Assembly: GCA_038251965.1 (NCBI GenBank)
Contig: JBBSAV010000005.1
Location: forward strand, 1-58,313
Length of the DNA: 58,313 nucleotides
Direction: 5' to 3'
From: Candidatus Limnocylindrales bacterium
GTDB lineage: Bacteria; Chloroflexota; Limnocylindria; Limnocylindrales; CSP1-4
Below are positions 48,129 to 58,313 of this stretch, one piece after another. The notes beneath the pieces were generated by a model that did no database searches, was not told the DNA's origin, and saw only the letters and a program-made list of their open reading frames with translations. The position numbers and the translations under genes are program-made. Position 1 is the first letter of the stretch. Each line of letters opens with the position of its first letter.

Positions 48129-49226
48129 TCAGCCTCGACCGACTGCATCGTCGGACAGCAGCACAGGGTCGCTGAGCGCCAGGTCTTCCTCAAGACGGCG
48201 CTGAGGGTTGATGCCGGACTCGGCGAGGGTCCGGTGATAGCGACGGACGGCACCTTCCGGAGTCAGCTCCCCGCGGAGCACGAGCGGCATCAGCTTGACC
48301 AGCTCCAGCTGTGACTCGGCGCCCTGGATCTTGCGCCCGAAGAGTGCGACGCGCCCGCCGTGTGCCTCGATGCGGTGGAGCAGCTCGAACGTGTCTCGCG
48401 TCGTACCGGCATTCCCGCCAAGGACTCCGACCACCAATGAAGGATCATGTTCGACCAGCTCGTCGAGCGCTGCAGCACCGTTGTAGGCCACCTTCAGGAA
48501 GACCGGACGCTGCGCCGTGGTGATCCCCGCGAGCACGCGGATGATCGAGTCGTTGACGAAGGCTGGGATCTCGGCCGGCGCCAGATCGACAGGGTCGTTG
48601 GGATCGAAGACCTCGAGGAAGTGCCGGACTCCGAGCGTCGCGGCTTCTATCCGGAACTCGCGATACGCCTCGAGCGTATCGAGGTCGTGCTGGAGGTCGT
48701 TGTTGAGGGTGATGGAGTACAAGACGAGATCGCAGAACGGCTGGATCGCGGCAAGGTCCACGCTGCGAAACGGACGTGAGGGCGAGCGACGGTAGCCGGC
48801 GCCGCGACCCAGCCAGATGTCCGTCGTGTCATTGGCTCGGATCGCCAGGGTGATTTCGTCGTCGAGCGAGCCACTTGCGACCAGTCGCTCGCCGTTGGAT
48901 GCGGATGTCAGGACGATGTCGAGAATGCCGTGGCCCACCAGCGTGCGCATGGCGTCAAGGTACGAGTCGCGCGTGCGAAAGTATCCGGGTCCCGCCGAGC
49001 CATCTTCACGCTCGGGTGTATCGGGCAACGGTCCTGCTGCCGCTACCCCGAAGCCCATGTCCGCATCCTTGGCATCGGCGAGCACGAAGTCATCTGGTTC
49101 ATAGCGGCCCGCGGCGATATTGCCGAGCTTTCGATCAAGGCGACGAACACCGAAGCGTGGCCCGGGCGGTTCACCGACCGTGGGAACTGAGGCTGTTGGT
49201 GTGGCCAGACGTCTCGATGACGTCAC
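48129..49226 (-). CDS. Conserved hypothetical protein, putative class I aldolase-like TIM barrel
   Basis: ADAKDAD, HFLEVF, FLKVAY, VLGG, ALFGRKI; last gene of the sugar ABC operon. Confidence 0.6.
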   Translation of the reverse strand: MTSSRRLATPTASVPTVGEPPGPRFGVRRLDRKLGNIAAGRYEPDDFVLADAKDADMGFGVAAAGPLPDTPEREDGSAGPGYFRTRDSYLDAMRTLVGHGILDIVLTSASNGERLVASGSLDDEITLAIRANDTTDIWLGRGAGYRRSPSRPFRSVDLAAIQPFCDLVLYSITLNNDLQHDLDTLEAYREFRIEAATLGVRHFLEVFDPNDPVDLAPAEIPAFVNDSIIRVLAGITTAQRPVFLKVAYNGAAALDELVEHDPSLVVGVLGGNAGTTRDTFELLHRIEAHGGRVALFGRKIQGAESQLELVKLMPLVLRGELTPEGAVRRYHRTLAESGINPQRRLEEDLALSDPVLLSDDAVGRG

Positions 49227-49229
49227 GGG

Positions 49230-50059
49230 CTACGCGGCCGCCCTCGCGGATGCTGGCAGCGCCATCTCGTCGTCGGTCATCTGCGCCGGTGTGGCGCCGG
49301 TCATGATGGCCACCGCCTCCGTCATCGTGTGCGACTGCGGGGTGACCACGGCCACGCGCCGTCCCAGGCGGTGGATGTGGATGCGATCGGCCACCTCGAA
49401 GACGTGTGGCATGTTGTGGCTGATGAGGATCACCGGGATGCCCCGGTCGCGAACGTCCTTGATGAGCTGCAGCACCTTGCGCGACTCCTTGACGCCGAGC
49501 GCGGCCGTGGGCTCGTCCATGATGATCACACGCTGCCCGAAGGCCGCCGCCCTGGCCACAGCCACGCCCTGCCGTTGGCCGCCGGAGAGTGTCTCCACGG
49601 CCTGGCTCATGTCCTGGATGGTGAGCAACCCCAGATCGGACATCTCCTTGCGCGCGGCCTCGCGCATGCCGCTGAGGTCGAGCATGCGGAAGACCGAGCC
49701 GAGGATGCCCGGCTTGCGCCTCTCCCGACCCAGGAAGAGGTTCGTACCGATATCGAGTGCCGGACAGATGGCGAGCGTCTGGTAGACCGTCTCGATGCCG
49801 GACGCCATCGAATCGCCCGGCGAATGCAGGTGGACCAGCTCCCCGTCGATGTAGATCTCGCCCTCATCAGGGATGACTGCGCCACTAAAGCACTTGATGA
49901 GCGTGGATTTTCCGGCGCCGTTATCGCCGATGACCCCCAGCACCTCACCCGGATAGAGCTCGAGATTGGCGCCGTCGAGCGCGACAACGCGGCCGTAGTT
50001 CTTGACCAGCCCTCTCGCCTGCAGCGTGGGCGTCGGGATGTCCTTGGTCGTGGCGACGG

Positions 50060-50063
<4 letters not shown>
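49230..50063 (-). CDS. Monosaccharide ABC ATP-binding protein (FrcA-like)
   Basis: GDNGAGKS, GIETVYQ, LSGGQRQ, MDEPTAALG. Confidence 0.92.
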
Positions 50064-51145
<1,082 letters not shown>

Positions 51146-51216
51146 GCCGTACCCCTCATCACTGTGCCCTCTCCGGGTGTCGTGTGCACGACTCCAAGCG
51201 TAGATGATAGATATGT

Positions 51217-51246
51217 GAACGGGGTGGCTGTGAGGCCACCCCGTTC
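51217..51246 (-). terminator. Intercistronic hairpin after the sugar SBP gene
   Basis: gaacggggtggc ... gccaccccgttc 12-bp perfect stem. Confidence 0.7.
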
Positions 51247-51264
51247 GACTGTGCTAGCGGGCGA

Positions 51265-52377
51265 TTACGCGGTGCCCCAGCAGTTCTCGAGACCCCAGGT
51301 GCTGTCCTCGGAGGGGACGCCTTCCTGCGGGTCGTTGGTGATGAGCTCGACGCCCGTGTTGTAGATGTCGTTGCCCTCGACGTAGTACGGGCTGTCCTGC
51401 GGGGACGGAAGCTCGCCGGTCATGGCGTTACGCACGGCCCAGTCGACGCTGAGCTCGGCCATGCGGGACGGGAACTGCATGGACGTGGCATCGATGATGC
51501 CGTTCTGCAGGTCGGTCACGCCGGCGCAGCCGCCGTCCACCGAGAGGACCAGCACATCGTCAGACGTCTTGCCGGCGGCTTCGAGGGCCTGCATCGCGCC
51601 CGCTGCGGTGGGCTCGTTGATGGTGTAGACGACGTTGATATCCGGGTTCTTCTGGAGCAGCAGCTCCATCGCCTGGAGGCCACCCTCCTGGTTGCCGTGG
51701 CCGATTTCCTGGCCGGCGATGCGCGGGTCGGTCTCGTCGCCCCACATGTTGATGTCGCCGACGTCGACGCCGAAGCCCTGCAGGAAACCCTGGTTGCGCT
51801 GCACGCCGACGATCGGCTGGGACGGGTCGATGTTGATGAGGCCGATCACGGCGTCCGCCGCCGCGTCGCCCATCTTGGCCTTGGCCCACTCGCCGATGAG
51901 GAGACCGGCCTGGAAGTTGTCCGTGGCGAAGGTCATGTCGACGGCATCGGCCGGATCGGTCTTGGTGTCGATGGCGATGGTCATGAGGCCCGCCTCACGC
52001 GCCTGATCGATGGCCGGCGTGACACCGGCGTTGGCCGGCGCGATGATGATGGTGTTGGCGCCGCGAGAGATGGCGTTCTCGATGCAGGTGGTCTGGCCCT
52101 CGGGATCGGGATCCTGGACACCCCAGCAGGCGTGCAGGTTGGCCCCGAGCTTCTGGGCCTCGGCCGTCGCACCGTTGATCTGCCAGACCCAGAACGGGTT
52201 GATGTTCTCCTTGACGATGTACTCGATGTCGACGCCGGTGCCGTCGAGCGCCATGTCACTGGCGGCAGGCGACTCGTCCTGGGCCACCACGGCGGCAGTG
52301 CCGAGCGCCCCTGCGGTCAGCGCCACGGTCGCGGCGATCACGGTCAGCCGCATGAAGCGGCTTCGGGAATGGGTCAT
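51265..52377 (-). CDS. Monosaccharide ABC substrate-binding protein (FrcB-like)
   Basis: Signal peptide; NPFW, FATDN, YTINEP, SVDGGC, NCWG. Confidence 0.9.
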   Translation of the reverse strand: MTHSRSRFMRLTVIAATVALTAGALGTAAVVAQDESPAASDMALDGTGVDIEYIVKENINPFWVWQINGATAEAQKLGANLHACWGVQDPDPEGQTTCIENAISRGANTIIIAPANAGVTPAIDQAREAGLMTIAIDTKTDPADAVDMTFATDNFQAGLLIGEWAKAKMGDAAADAVIGLINIDPSQPIVGVQRNQGFLQGFGVDVGDINMWGDETDPRIAGQEIGHGNQEGGLQAMELLLQKNPDINVVYTINEPTAAGAMQALEAAGKTSDDVLVLSVDGGCAGVTDLQNGIIDATSMQFPSRMAELSVDWAVRNAMTGELPSPQDSPYYVEGNDIYNTGVELITNDPQEGVPSEDSTWGLENCWGTA

Positions 52378-52441
52378 CGCTTGAGCGAGCCTCCTTGTTT
52401 GCTCCGACTGCCTGGGTGACAGCCTCCTCCCGTTGTCATCC

Positions 52442-52453
52442 GACAACGTTGTC
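52442..52453. promoter_or_regulatory. LacI-family operator 1
   Basis: Perfect palindrome GACAACGTTGTC upstream of the SBP gene. Confidence 0.8.
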
Positions 52454-52504
52454 TGGCACGGTAGTCCTCGGCCGATGTCGATGTCAACTGTCACGTGGGT
52501 CGTG

Positions 52505-53034
52505 TGTCGGAGCTCAGCGATGAGGTCACGACCAAGGGGACAGGGTCTTCGTCACGCTCGTATTCATGGACACGAGCGAGACCATCAGCCTGGACGGCCC
52601 GACACAGCGACGTCACGCCATCCTCACCTGTCTGGTGGTCGACGAGCTGACGATCGATGAGGCGGCGACCAGCCTGGGGCGCTCGGCCCGACCCATGGGG
52701 TGGGTCATCCGACGAAGCTTCGCGCGTCGCTCTGCTGTCTCACCCATCGGGCGGGTGAAACGACAGAGCAGCGGTCGTTCTACCCACCCGGGTGCATGGG
52801 ACGACGACTCGGTGGGCCGCAGCGGTCCCCGGCTCCGCTCACTCACCCATGGGGCGGGTCGCAGGTGACACCGTGGCACCTGGGCGCGCTGGAACCCCGT
52901 CTCGGGCCAGCAGGCGCCAAGCCGGCGGCCGGCCACGACTGGAGGCCGGCCGTCGCTGGAAGCGTGACGCGGCGAGGGGGCCCAAGTGGCAGGATCGCTG
53001 TCCGTCGGGCGGCCGGTGTCACTGTCCCCGGACA
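52505..53034 (+). mobile_element. Internally deleted ISNCY/IS1202-like relic
   Basis: TGTC...GACA ends with internal CAG.GA/GGACAG repeats; N-terminal ETISL...RR..IL..LV..ELT..EAA..LGRS.R and C-terminal KPAAGHDWR fragments. Confidence 0.6.
52691..52859. repeat. Four-site element: ACCC-N7-GGGT family
   Basis: Cores at 52691, 52742, 52782 (degenerate), 52845. Confidence 0.75.
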
Positions 53035-53082
53035 CTGCAGGGAGGCTTGTTGCGGCGCGATCGATGTCCTATGGTTCGGGCA

Positions 53083-54177
53083 ATGGCACAGATCGGGCAG
53101 ACAACGTTGTCAGCCAACAGCGACGGAGAGCCCCGGCACCGTCGTGCCACGATGCGCGACGTCGCGGCGCTGGCCGGGGTCAGCATCAAGACCGTGTCGC
53201 GTGTGGTGAATGGTGAGGCGGGCGTCTCCGTGGATCTGGTCGCGCGGGTCGAGCGAGCAGCGCGCCAGCTCGACTACCGTCCGGACCTGACCGCCGCCAA
53301 CCTGCGGCGGGGCCGGCATACCGCCACGCTCGGCCTCATGCTGAAGAACGTCGCCAACCCCTACTCTGGTGCTGTCCACCGCGCCATCGACGACGCCGCC
53401 AGCGAACGTGGCCTGGCCGTCCTGACCACGAGCCTCGACGAGGACCCCGAACGGGAGCGCGAAGTCGCACGGGCGATGATGCAACGACGGGTCGATGGCC
53501 TTGTCATCGTGCCTACCAGCACCGACCAGTCATACCTGCGCGCCGACATGCAGGCCGGCCTGGCCACCGTCTTCGTCGACAGGCCTCCCAGATTCCTCGA
53601 TGCCGATACGGTGCTGGCGACCAATCGTGAGGGCGCCCTTGAGGCTGTGGCGCATCTCATCGAGGCGGGACACCGCCGCATCGCCTTCCTCGGCGACCTG
53701 ACCGAGATCGCGACCGCGCAGGACCGCTACAAGGGGTACGTCGACGCCCTACGCAACGCCGGCATCGAGATCGATCCACGACTCGTTCGCCGGGACCTCC
53801 GCGCTCGCGAGGCTGCGCAGCACGCCGCCGAGAGCCTGCTGCGATTGCCGGCCGATGTGGGGCCGACGGCGCTGTTCGCGAGCCAGAACCTGGTCACCAT
53901 CGGCGCTATCCACGCCCTCCATGGACAGGACCTGCAGCATCTCGTGGCACTGGTCGGTTTCGATGACATCGAGTTGGCGAGCATGCTCGATCCAGGCGTC
54001 ACGGTGGTGGCCCAGGATCCCTATGCCATCGGCCGGACTGCGGCCGAGCTCCTCTTCGCAAGGCTCGACGGCTACAGCGGGCCCAGCCAGCACCGTACGA
54101 TCTCGACGCGACTGGTGATCCGCGGCTCCGGCGAGATCCGTCCTTGCGATACGAAGAAGCGATCGTCGCCAAGGTAG
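53083..54177 (+). CDS. LacI-family transcriptional regulator
   Basis: TMRDVAALAGVSIKTVSRVVN, RVDGL, GHRRIAF, GFDD. Confidence 0.95.
   Translation: MAQIGQTTLSANSDGEPRHRRATMRDVAALAGVSIKTVSRVVNGEAGVSVDLVARVERAARQLDYRPDLTAANLRRGRHTATLGLMLKNVANPYSGAVHRAIDDAASERGLAVLTTSLDEDPEREREVARAMMQRRVDGLVIVPTSTDQSYLRADMQAGLATVFVDRPPRFLDADTVLATNREGALEAVAHLIEAGHRRIAFLGDLTEIATAQDRYKGYVDALRNAGIEIDPRLVRRDLRAREAAQHAAESLLRLPADVGPTALFASQNLVTIGAIHALHGQDLQHLVALVGFDDIELASMLDPGVTVVAQDPYAIGRTAAELLFARLDGYSGPSQHRTISTRLVIRGSGEIRPCDTKKRSSPR
53100..53111. promoter_or_regulatory. LacI-family operator 2
   Basis: Second GACAACGTTGTC at the 5' end of the lacI-family gene. Confidence 0.75.
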
Positions 54178-54215
54178 CGCCGACCGCTGACGTAGCACCG
54201 ATCGCTGGACTCGCG

Positions 54216-54632
54216 CTAACCGATGACGGCCACACCCTCCGCGCGGGCTGCCCGAGCGAGTGCGCGGTCACAGGTCGCAAGCTCGCCGTCGACATCGAGC
54301 GCCAACTGCAAGTACGCGGCGTCGCAGACCGTCAAGTCATGTTTGGCGGCCAATTCGACCGAGTCGTAGAGGCCGTCGAGTCCACGCTCGGCTTGCTGGA
54401 CTCCTGCCGCGAATAGCTGCTGAAGTCGGCTGACCACCTCCGCAGCATCAAGGCGCATGCCCTTGAGCAGGCCATTCGCGGCCTCGACACGGAAGTGCGT
54501 CGGGGCCAGGAGCATTGCGTCGGCGTCCAGCCAGGCGTCGAGGCGATCGATCCAGTCCGGGTTGCCGCTCAATGCCTCCAGCATGGATGACGCATCGACC
54601 ACCACGGCCGTGAGCGGACGCACGAAGCTCAC
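54216..54632 (-). CDS. PIN-domain toxin (VapC-like)
   Basis: VVDAS, EAAN, DAAYL.LA, ATCD. Confidence 0.88.
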   Translation of the reverse strand: MSFVRPLTAVVVDASSMLEALSGNPDWIDRLDAWLDADAMLLAPTHFRVEAANGLLKGMRLDAAEVVSRLQQLFAAGVQQAERGLDGLYDSVELAAKHDLTVCDAAYLQLALDVDGELATCDRALARAARAEGVAVIG

Positions 54633-54943
54633 GTGGGCTCCGCTGGTGACTCGATCGGCGCGACCATGCGTCCGGTGCGCCCGTCCCGCATCTGACGGAT
54701 GGTCGCTGTCGCGTCGAATCCGGGCGGCGCGGGTCGAAGCCGTGCCAGACGCCGGAGCTCCCCAAGCGCCGCCTTCTGCTTCGCACGCTGCTCCTCGGGA
54801 TCAAGCAGCCGCAGGTCTTCGAGCGACACCAATGCCGCGCGGGGCTGGCCGGCACGCTCGATGACGATGCGCTCGCCGGCAGCTGCCTCGTCGAGCAGAC
54901 GGCCGAAGTGTTTGCGGACATCGAGGGCGCTGACGGTCTTCAT
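54629..54943 (-). CDS. Phd/YefM antitoxin
   Basis: MKTVSALDVRKHFGRLLDEAAAGERIVIERAGQPRAALV; GTGA overlap with the toxin. Confidence 0.9.
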   Translation of the reverse strand: MKTVSALDVRKHFGRLLDEAAAGERIVIERAGQPRAALVSLEDLRLLDPEEQRAKQKAALGELRRLARLRPAPPGFDATATIRQMRDGRTGRMVAPIESPAEPT

Positions 54944-55045
54944 GCTGACCATCATAGCCCTATATGAGCGCTATGTAGGCACTCGTGGGTGCACGGACCG
55001 CAGGGACGATACCCGTGGCCGCACCAGCGGCGGTGGATCGCCGCC

Positions 55046-58024
55046 TCAGTCGCCGGACAGGCCTTGGTCGAGGGCGACGCGGGCGGCCTCGGTGCGGGTC
55101 GAGACGCCCAGCTTGCCGAGGATGTTGGAGACATGGACGCCGGCCGTGGACTCGCTGATGAAGAGGTTCGCGGCGATCTCGCGATTGGTGCGGCCAGCCG
55201 CGACCTCGTTCAGCACCTCGCGTTCACGGGGGGTTAGCCCGTAGGCGCGGTCAGGTGCGATGGTGGGGACGGCGCTCGTGCCACCGAGCCGAACGCGAAG
55301 GCGCCGAGCCATGACGTCCAGATGGCCGAGCAGCGGCTTGGCGCCGAGCTTCATGGCGATGCCATGGGCCTCACGAAGAGCCGCCGCAGCCACGTCCCGC
55401 TCGCCGGCAGCCGCGGCCGCCTCTGCCTCACGCCACCTTGCCATGGCCGAGCGGAAGGGGCGCCCGATGTCAGACCATCCGTCCGCCACCGATCGCCAAG
55501 CCGGCAGCGGCGACGGGCCCAACATGCGCGCCTGCTCTGCTTCGACCTGCAGCGCATTGAGCTCGAGCACGCGTCCCAACCGACTATCGGGGCTGCCGAT
55601 CTGCGCACGCCACTGACGTGCCAAGCCGACCAGCTGAGCCATGCGGTCGGCGGCGACCTTGGCGGCCCCGGCATCACCGGCTGCGAGCGCTGATCGTCCC
55701 GTCTCGGCGACCGGCCACGCTGCCACGCGGGCCAGCTCGCTGTAGCGCAGCGGAGACTCACCGAGAAGGATGACCTCGAAGCCTTCCCAGGTGATCTCCA
55801 CGGCCTCGTGGTAGCGCTCAGCGAAGGCAGCCCGCTCGATGCCGCCGAGATAGATCGTGCCGAGGTTGTCACTCGAGGGCCCTGACGACACCATCTCGCG
55901 CACCCGGGGCCACAACGACGCAGCCTCTTCGTCCCCTAGGCAGGCCAACAGCTCGAGCGCATAGGTGGCCCGGTAGACGAGGGCCCCATCCCCCGGGCTG
56001 CCCGTGCGGTCGGCCTCAGCCAGGAGACGGGCCGCCTCGGACCACTCACCACACTCGAAGGCGGACTGGACCGCGCCGTAGCCGATGTAGGCGCCGTAGC
56101 CGCGCGCCACACCCCAGTCGGCTGCCGCACGGATACCCTCGAGGCCGGACGCCAGAGCTCGCTCCGCGTATCCGGCCCAGAAGTGCGCCTCGGCCAGGTT
56201 GACATGTGCGCGGCCGATGTCATCGGGTAGACCCAGTTCCAGTGCGATGCGCAAGGCGGCCTCGCTCGAGCTGATGCCGGCCTCGGCCTCGCCAAGAGCG
56301 GCGAGAACGAGGCCGAGCGTGTTCAGGGCGTGGCCTTCCAGGTCACGCGCACCGACGGAGCGGGCCAGCTTGACCGCCTCCTCGCAGAGCGGGCGCGCCT
56401 CGGCCAGGCGGCCATGAAGCATGTGGACCTGGCCCAGTCCAGCCAGGGCGCGAGCGCGCATGATGGGCGGCTCCGACGGAGCGATACGGAGCGCCTCCGC
56501 GTACGCGTCGATGCTCGCCGTCCAATCGCCGGCGACCCAGAGCGTCCGACCCAGCAGGATGAGCAAGGTCGTGAGCCGTGCTTCGTCAGCGTCCCCAAGC
56601 TCGGCGATCGCCTCGCGGCAGGTGGCCACAGCGCGCCGGTACTCAGCGGCCATGTAGGCGGCGCGGGAAGAACGCTCGAGCAGGGCCACGTGGTCGACGT
56701 CGCTGCCGTTGACGGGCTCGTTGTCGCCCCAGAGCAGCAGGGCTTCCTCGTACTCGCGCGCGGCGATGCCGTAGGAGAAGCCCTCCATGGCCGCGTCACC
56801 GGCGCTGATCGATGCCGGCAGAGCCCGGGCGTCGCGAGCCTCGCGCCAGTGGTGGGCGAGCTGCAGCCGGTAGGCGGCACCCATGGCCGCGGCCGCGTCG
56901 TGGCTGGCCAGCGTCTCGCCCCAGTCCCGGTGGAGACGGCGTCGCTCGGTCGGCAGCATCGCGTCGTAGACCGCTTCCTGCAACAGTGCGTGGCGGAAGC
57001 CGTAGGCGTCATCATCGTCGAGCGCCCGCGTGGGAACGAGCAACCCTGCGTCGACGAGCTGTCGCAGATCCTGCCGAACGGCGTCGCCGTCCTCGCCGGC
57101 GACCTCGACGAGGGCCTCGTGCTCGACGACCCGCCCGCCCACCGCAGCGATGCCGAGCAAATGCTGAGCCGACTCCGGAAGCGTATCGATGCGGGCGAGC
57201 AGCACATCGCGCAGCCCTCCCGGCAAGGCCTCACCGCCGTGGATGCGCGAGGCAAGCAGTTCCTCGATGAAGAAGGGATTGCCATCGGAGCGCAACTGGA
57301 TGGCGGCGATCTCGTCGGACGCAAGATCCTCATCGATGATGGTGCGCACGAGCAGAGCGATCTGGGGCTCGGACAGCGGTTCGAGGTCGATGCGTTCGAC
57401 CGCCCCCAACCGCGACATCTCAGCCAGCCACGGTCGCAGCGGATGGCGCCGGGTGATCTCGTCGGTACGGAACGTGGCCATGATGGTGATGGGCTCGTGC
57501 TCGATGGCACGAAGCAGGAACGACGTCGCGGCGAGGGTGCCGGCGTCGGCCCAGTGCAGATCCTCCAGTTGGAGGACCAGCGGTTCCTGCGCCGAACAGC
57601 GGCGGAGGAGCCCCAGCAACGCCTCGAACAGGCGCGCCTGCGCCCACAACTCCCCGATGGGCAGGGCTTCGCCGGAGCCGAGCGCCGGCACCAGGCGAGC
57701 CAAGTCACCGGCGGCACGACCCGCCGCCGAAGCCAGGCGGTCGGCACCTTCGCGCGCCACTAGGGAACGCAGAACCTCCGTGTACGGGGCGAAGGGCAAC
57801 CCTTCATCACCGACCGAGACGCAGCCGCCGACGAGCACCATGGCAGCGCCTGCTTCGGCGACCGCGCGCGCTTCGGTCAGTAGGCGCGTCTTGCCCACGC
57901 CGGCTTCACCCCCCACGACGATGTGTCGCGGCTCGCCTTGGCGGGAGGCCTCGACGGCAGCCTGGAGCTGCAGCGCGACCTCGGTCCGGCCGACCATCAC
58001 GGGGCTGCTCATCCTGCGCGCCAT
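55046..58024 (-). CDS. AAA-ATPase/TPR/LuxR-HTH transcriptional regulator
   Basis: GEAGVGKT, LEDLHWAD, GNPFF, FRHAL, LTPREREVL...NREIA. Confidence 0.93.
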   Translation of the reverse strand: MARRMSSPVMVGRTEVALQLQAAVEASRQGEPRHIVVGGEAGVGKTRLLTEARAVAEAGAAMVLVGGCVSVGDEGLPFAPYTEVLRSLVAREGADRLASAAGRAAGDLARLVPALGSGEALPIGELWAQARLFEALLGLLRRCSAQEPLVLQLEDLHWADAGTLAATSFLLRAIEHEPITIMATFRTDEITRRHPLRPWLAEMSRLGAVERIDLEPLSEPQIALLVRTIIDEDLASDEIAAIQLRSDGNPFFIEELLASRIHGGEALPGGLRDVLLARIDTLPESAQHLLGIAAVGGRVVEHEALVEVAGEDGDAVRQDLRQLVDAGLLVPTRALDDDDAYGFRHALLQEAVYDAMLPTERRRLHRDWGETLASHDAAAAMGAAYRLQLAHHWREARDARALPASISAGDAAMEGFSYGIAAREYEEALLLWGDNEPVNGSDVDHVALLERSSRAAYMAAEYRRAVATCREAIAELGDADEARLTTLLILLGRTLWVAGDWTASIDAYAEALRIAPSEPPIMRARALAGLGQVHMLHGRLAEARPLCEEAVKLARSVGARDLEGHALNTLGLVLAALGEAEAGISSSEAALRIALELGLPDDIGRAHVNLAEAHFWAGYAERALASGLEGIRAAADWGVARGYGAYIGYGAVQSAFECGEWSEAARLLAEADRTGSPGDGALVYRATYALELLACLGDEEAASLWPRVREMVSSGPSSDNLGTIYLGGIERAAFAERYHEAVEITWEGFEVILLGESPLRYSELARVAAWPVAETGRSALAAGDAGAAKVAADRMAQLVGLARQWRAQIGSPDSRLGRVLELNALQVEAEQARMLGPSPLPAWRSVADGWSDIGRPFRSAMARWREAEAAAAAGERDVAAAALREAHGIAMKLGAKPLLGHLDVMARRLRVRLGGTSAVPTIAPDRAYGLTPREREVLNEVAAGRTNREIAANLFISESTAGVHVSNILGKLGVSTRTEAARVALDQGLSGD

Positions 58025-58071
58025 GGCCCCGATCATAGAGGTCGCACCCAGCTGATCACGCGATCGGACCG

Positions 58072-58251
58072 TCAGGCGCTCGCGCGCCCGAGCAGCGCCA
58101 CGATGCGCGGAAGCAGTGAGCCGCGAGGGCGAGCGGGGGCAGACCGGCGGGTCCGCGGTGCCCGGTCGTTCGCCAGCCGCTGGCGGTCGGCCTCGTCGCG
58201 CAAGTGCTGAATGTGGTCGCTGGCAAGGGCGCGCATCTGGAAGTCGTTCAT
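58072..58251 (-). CDS. Small hypothetical protein (59 aa)
   Basis: MNDFQMRALASDHIQHLRDEADRQRLA...; AGGAG RBS. Confidence 0.6.
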   Translation of the reverse strand: MNDFQMRALASDHIQHLRDEADRQRLANDRAPRTRRSAPARPRGSLLPRIVALLGRASA

Positions 58252-58313
58252 CGTGGTGCTCCTGTCCGGCGCGGCTGGGGATCGCCGCTGCTGTCGAGGA
58301 CGATGGCCCTAAA

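Noticed and set aside
52470-53070. Target-site duplication for the IS relic
   Set aside because: Flanks tcgtg and ctgca differ; the shared tcgatgtc is not positioned as a duplication

Overview
High-GC (about 68-70% by eye) bacterial chromosome segment. The gene style suggests Chloroflexota (Limnocylindria-like), which is an inference only. Most of the window is ordinary metabolic and transport content: class III aminotransferase, nitroreductase, proC, LLM oxidoreductase, ferredoxin, LOG-rpiB, heme/peptide/sugar/metal ABC systems, cydABDC, a feo cluster, a two-component system, two vapBC-type TA modules, tRNA-Gly and a large LuxR-AAA regulator. There is no CRISPR array, rRNA, integrase or intact transposase. 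The standout signal is an XRE-HTH + PD-(D/E)XK-like nuclease gene (37223-37876) flanked by two inverted 149-bp elements. Each element is made of four TCCCG-N5-CGGGA palindromes at identical 51/30/51-bp spacing. Three other intergenic loci (2710-2880, 12653-12819, 52691-52859) carry different motifs in the same four-site, helically phased layout, and one of them sits at the deletion junction of an ISNCY-like relic. Other points of note are a split feoB, a leader motif shared by the cold-shock and zinc-ribbon genes, a non-canonical tRNA-Gly next to an HNH relic, a putative aldolase in a sugar operon, and pervasive leaderless-type promoters. All calls come from reading motifs by eye; no database searches were run.
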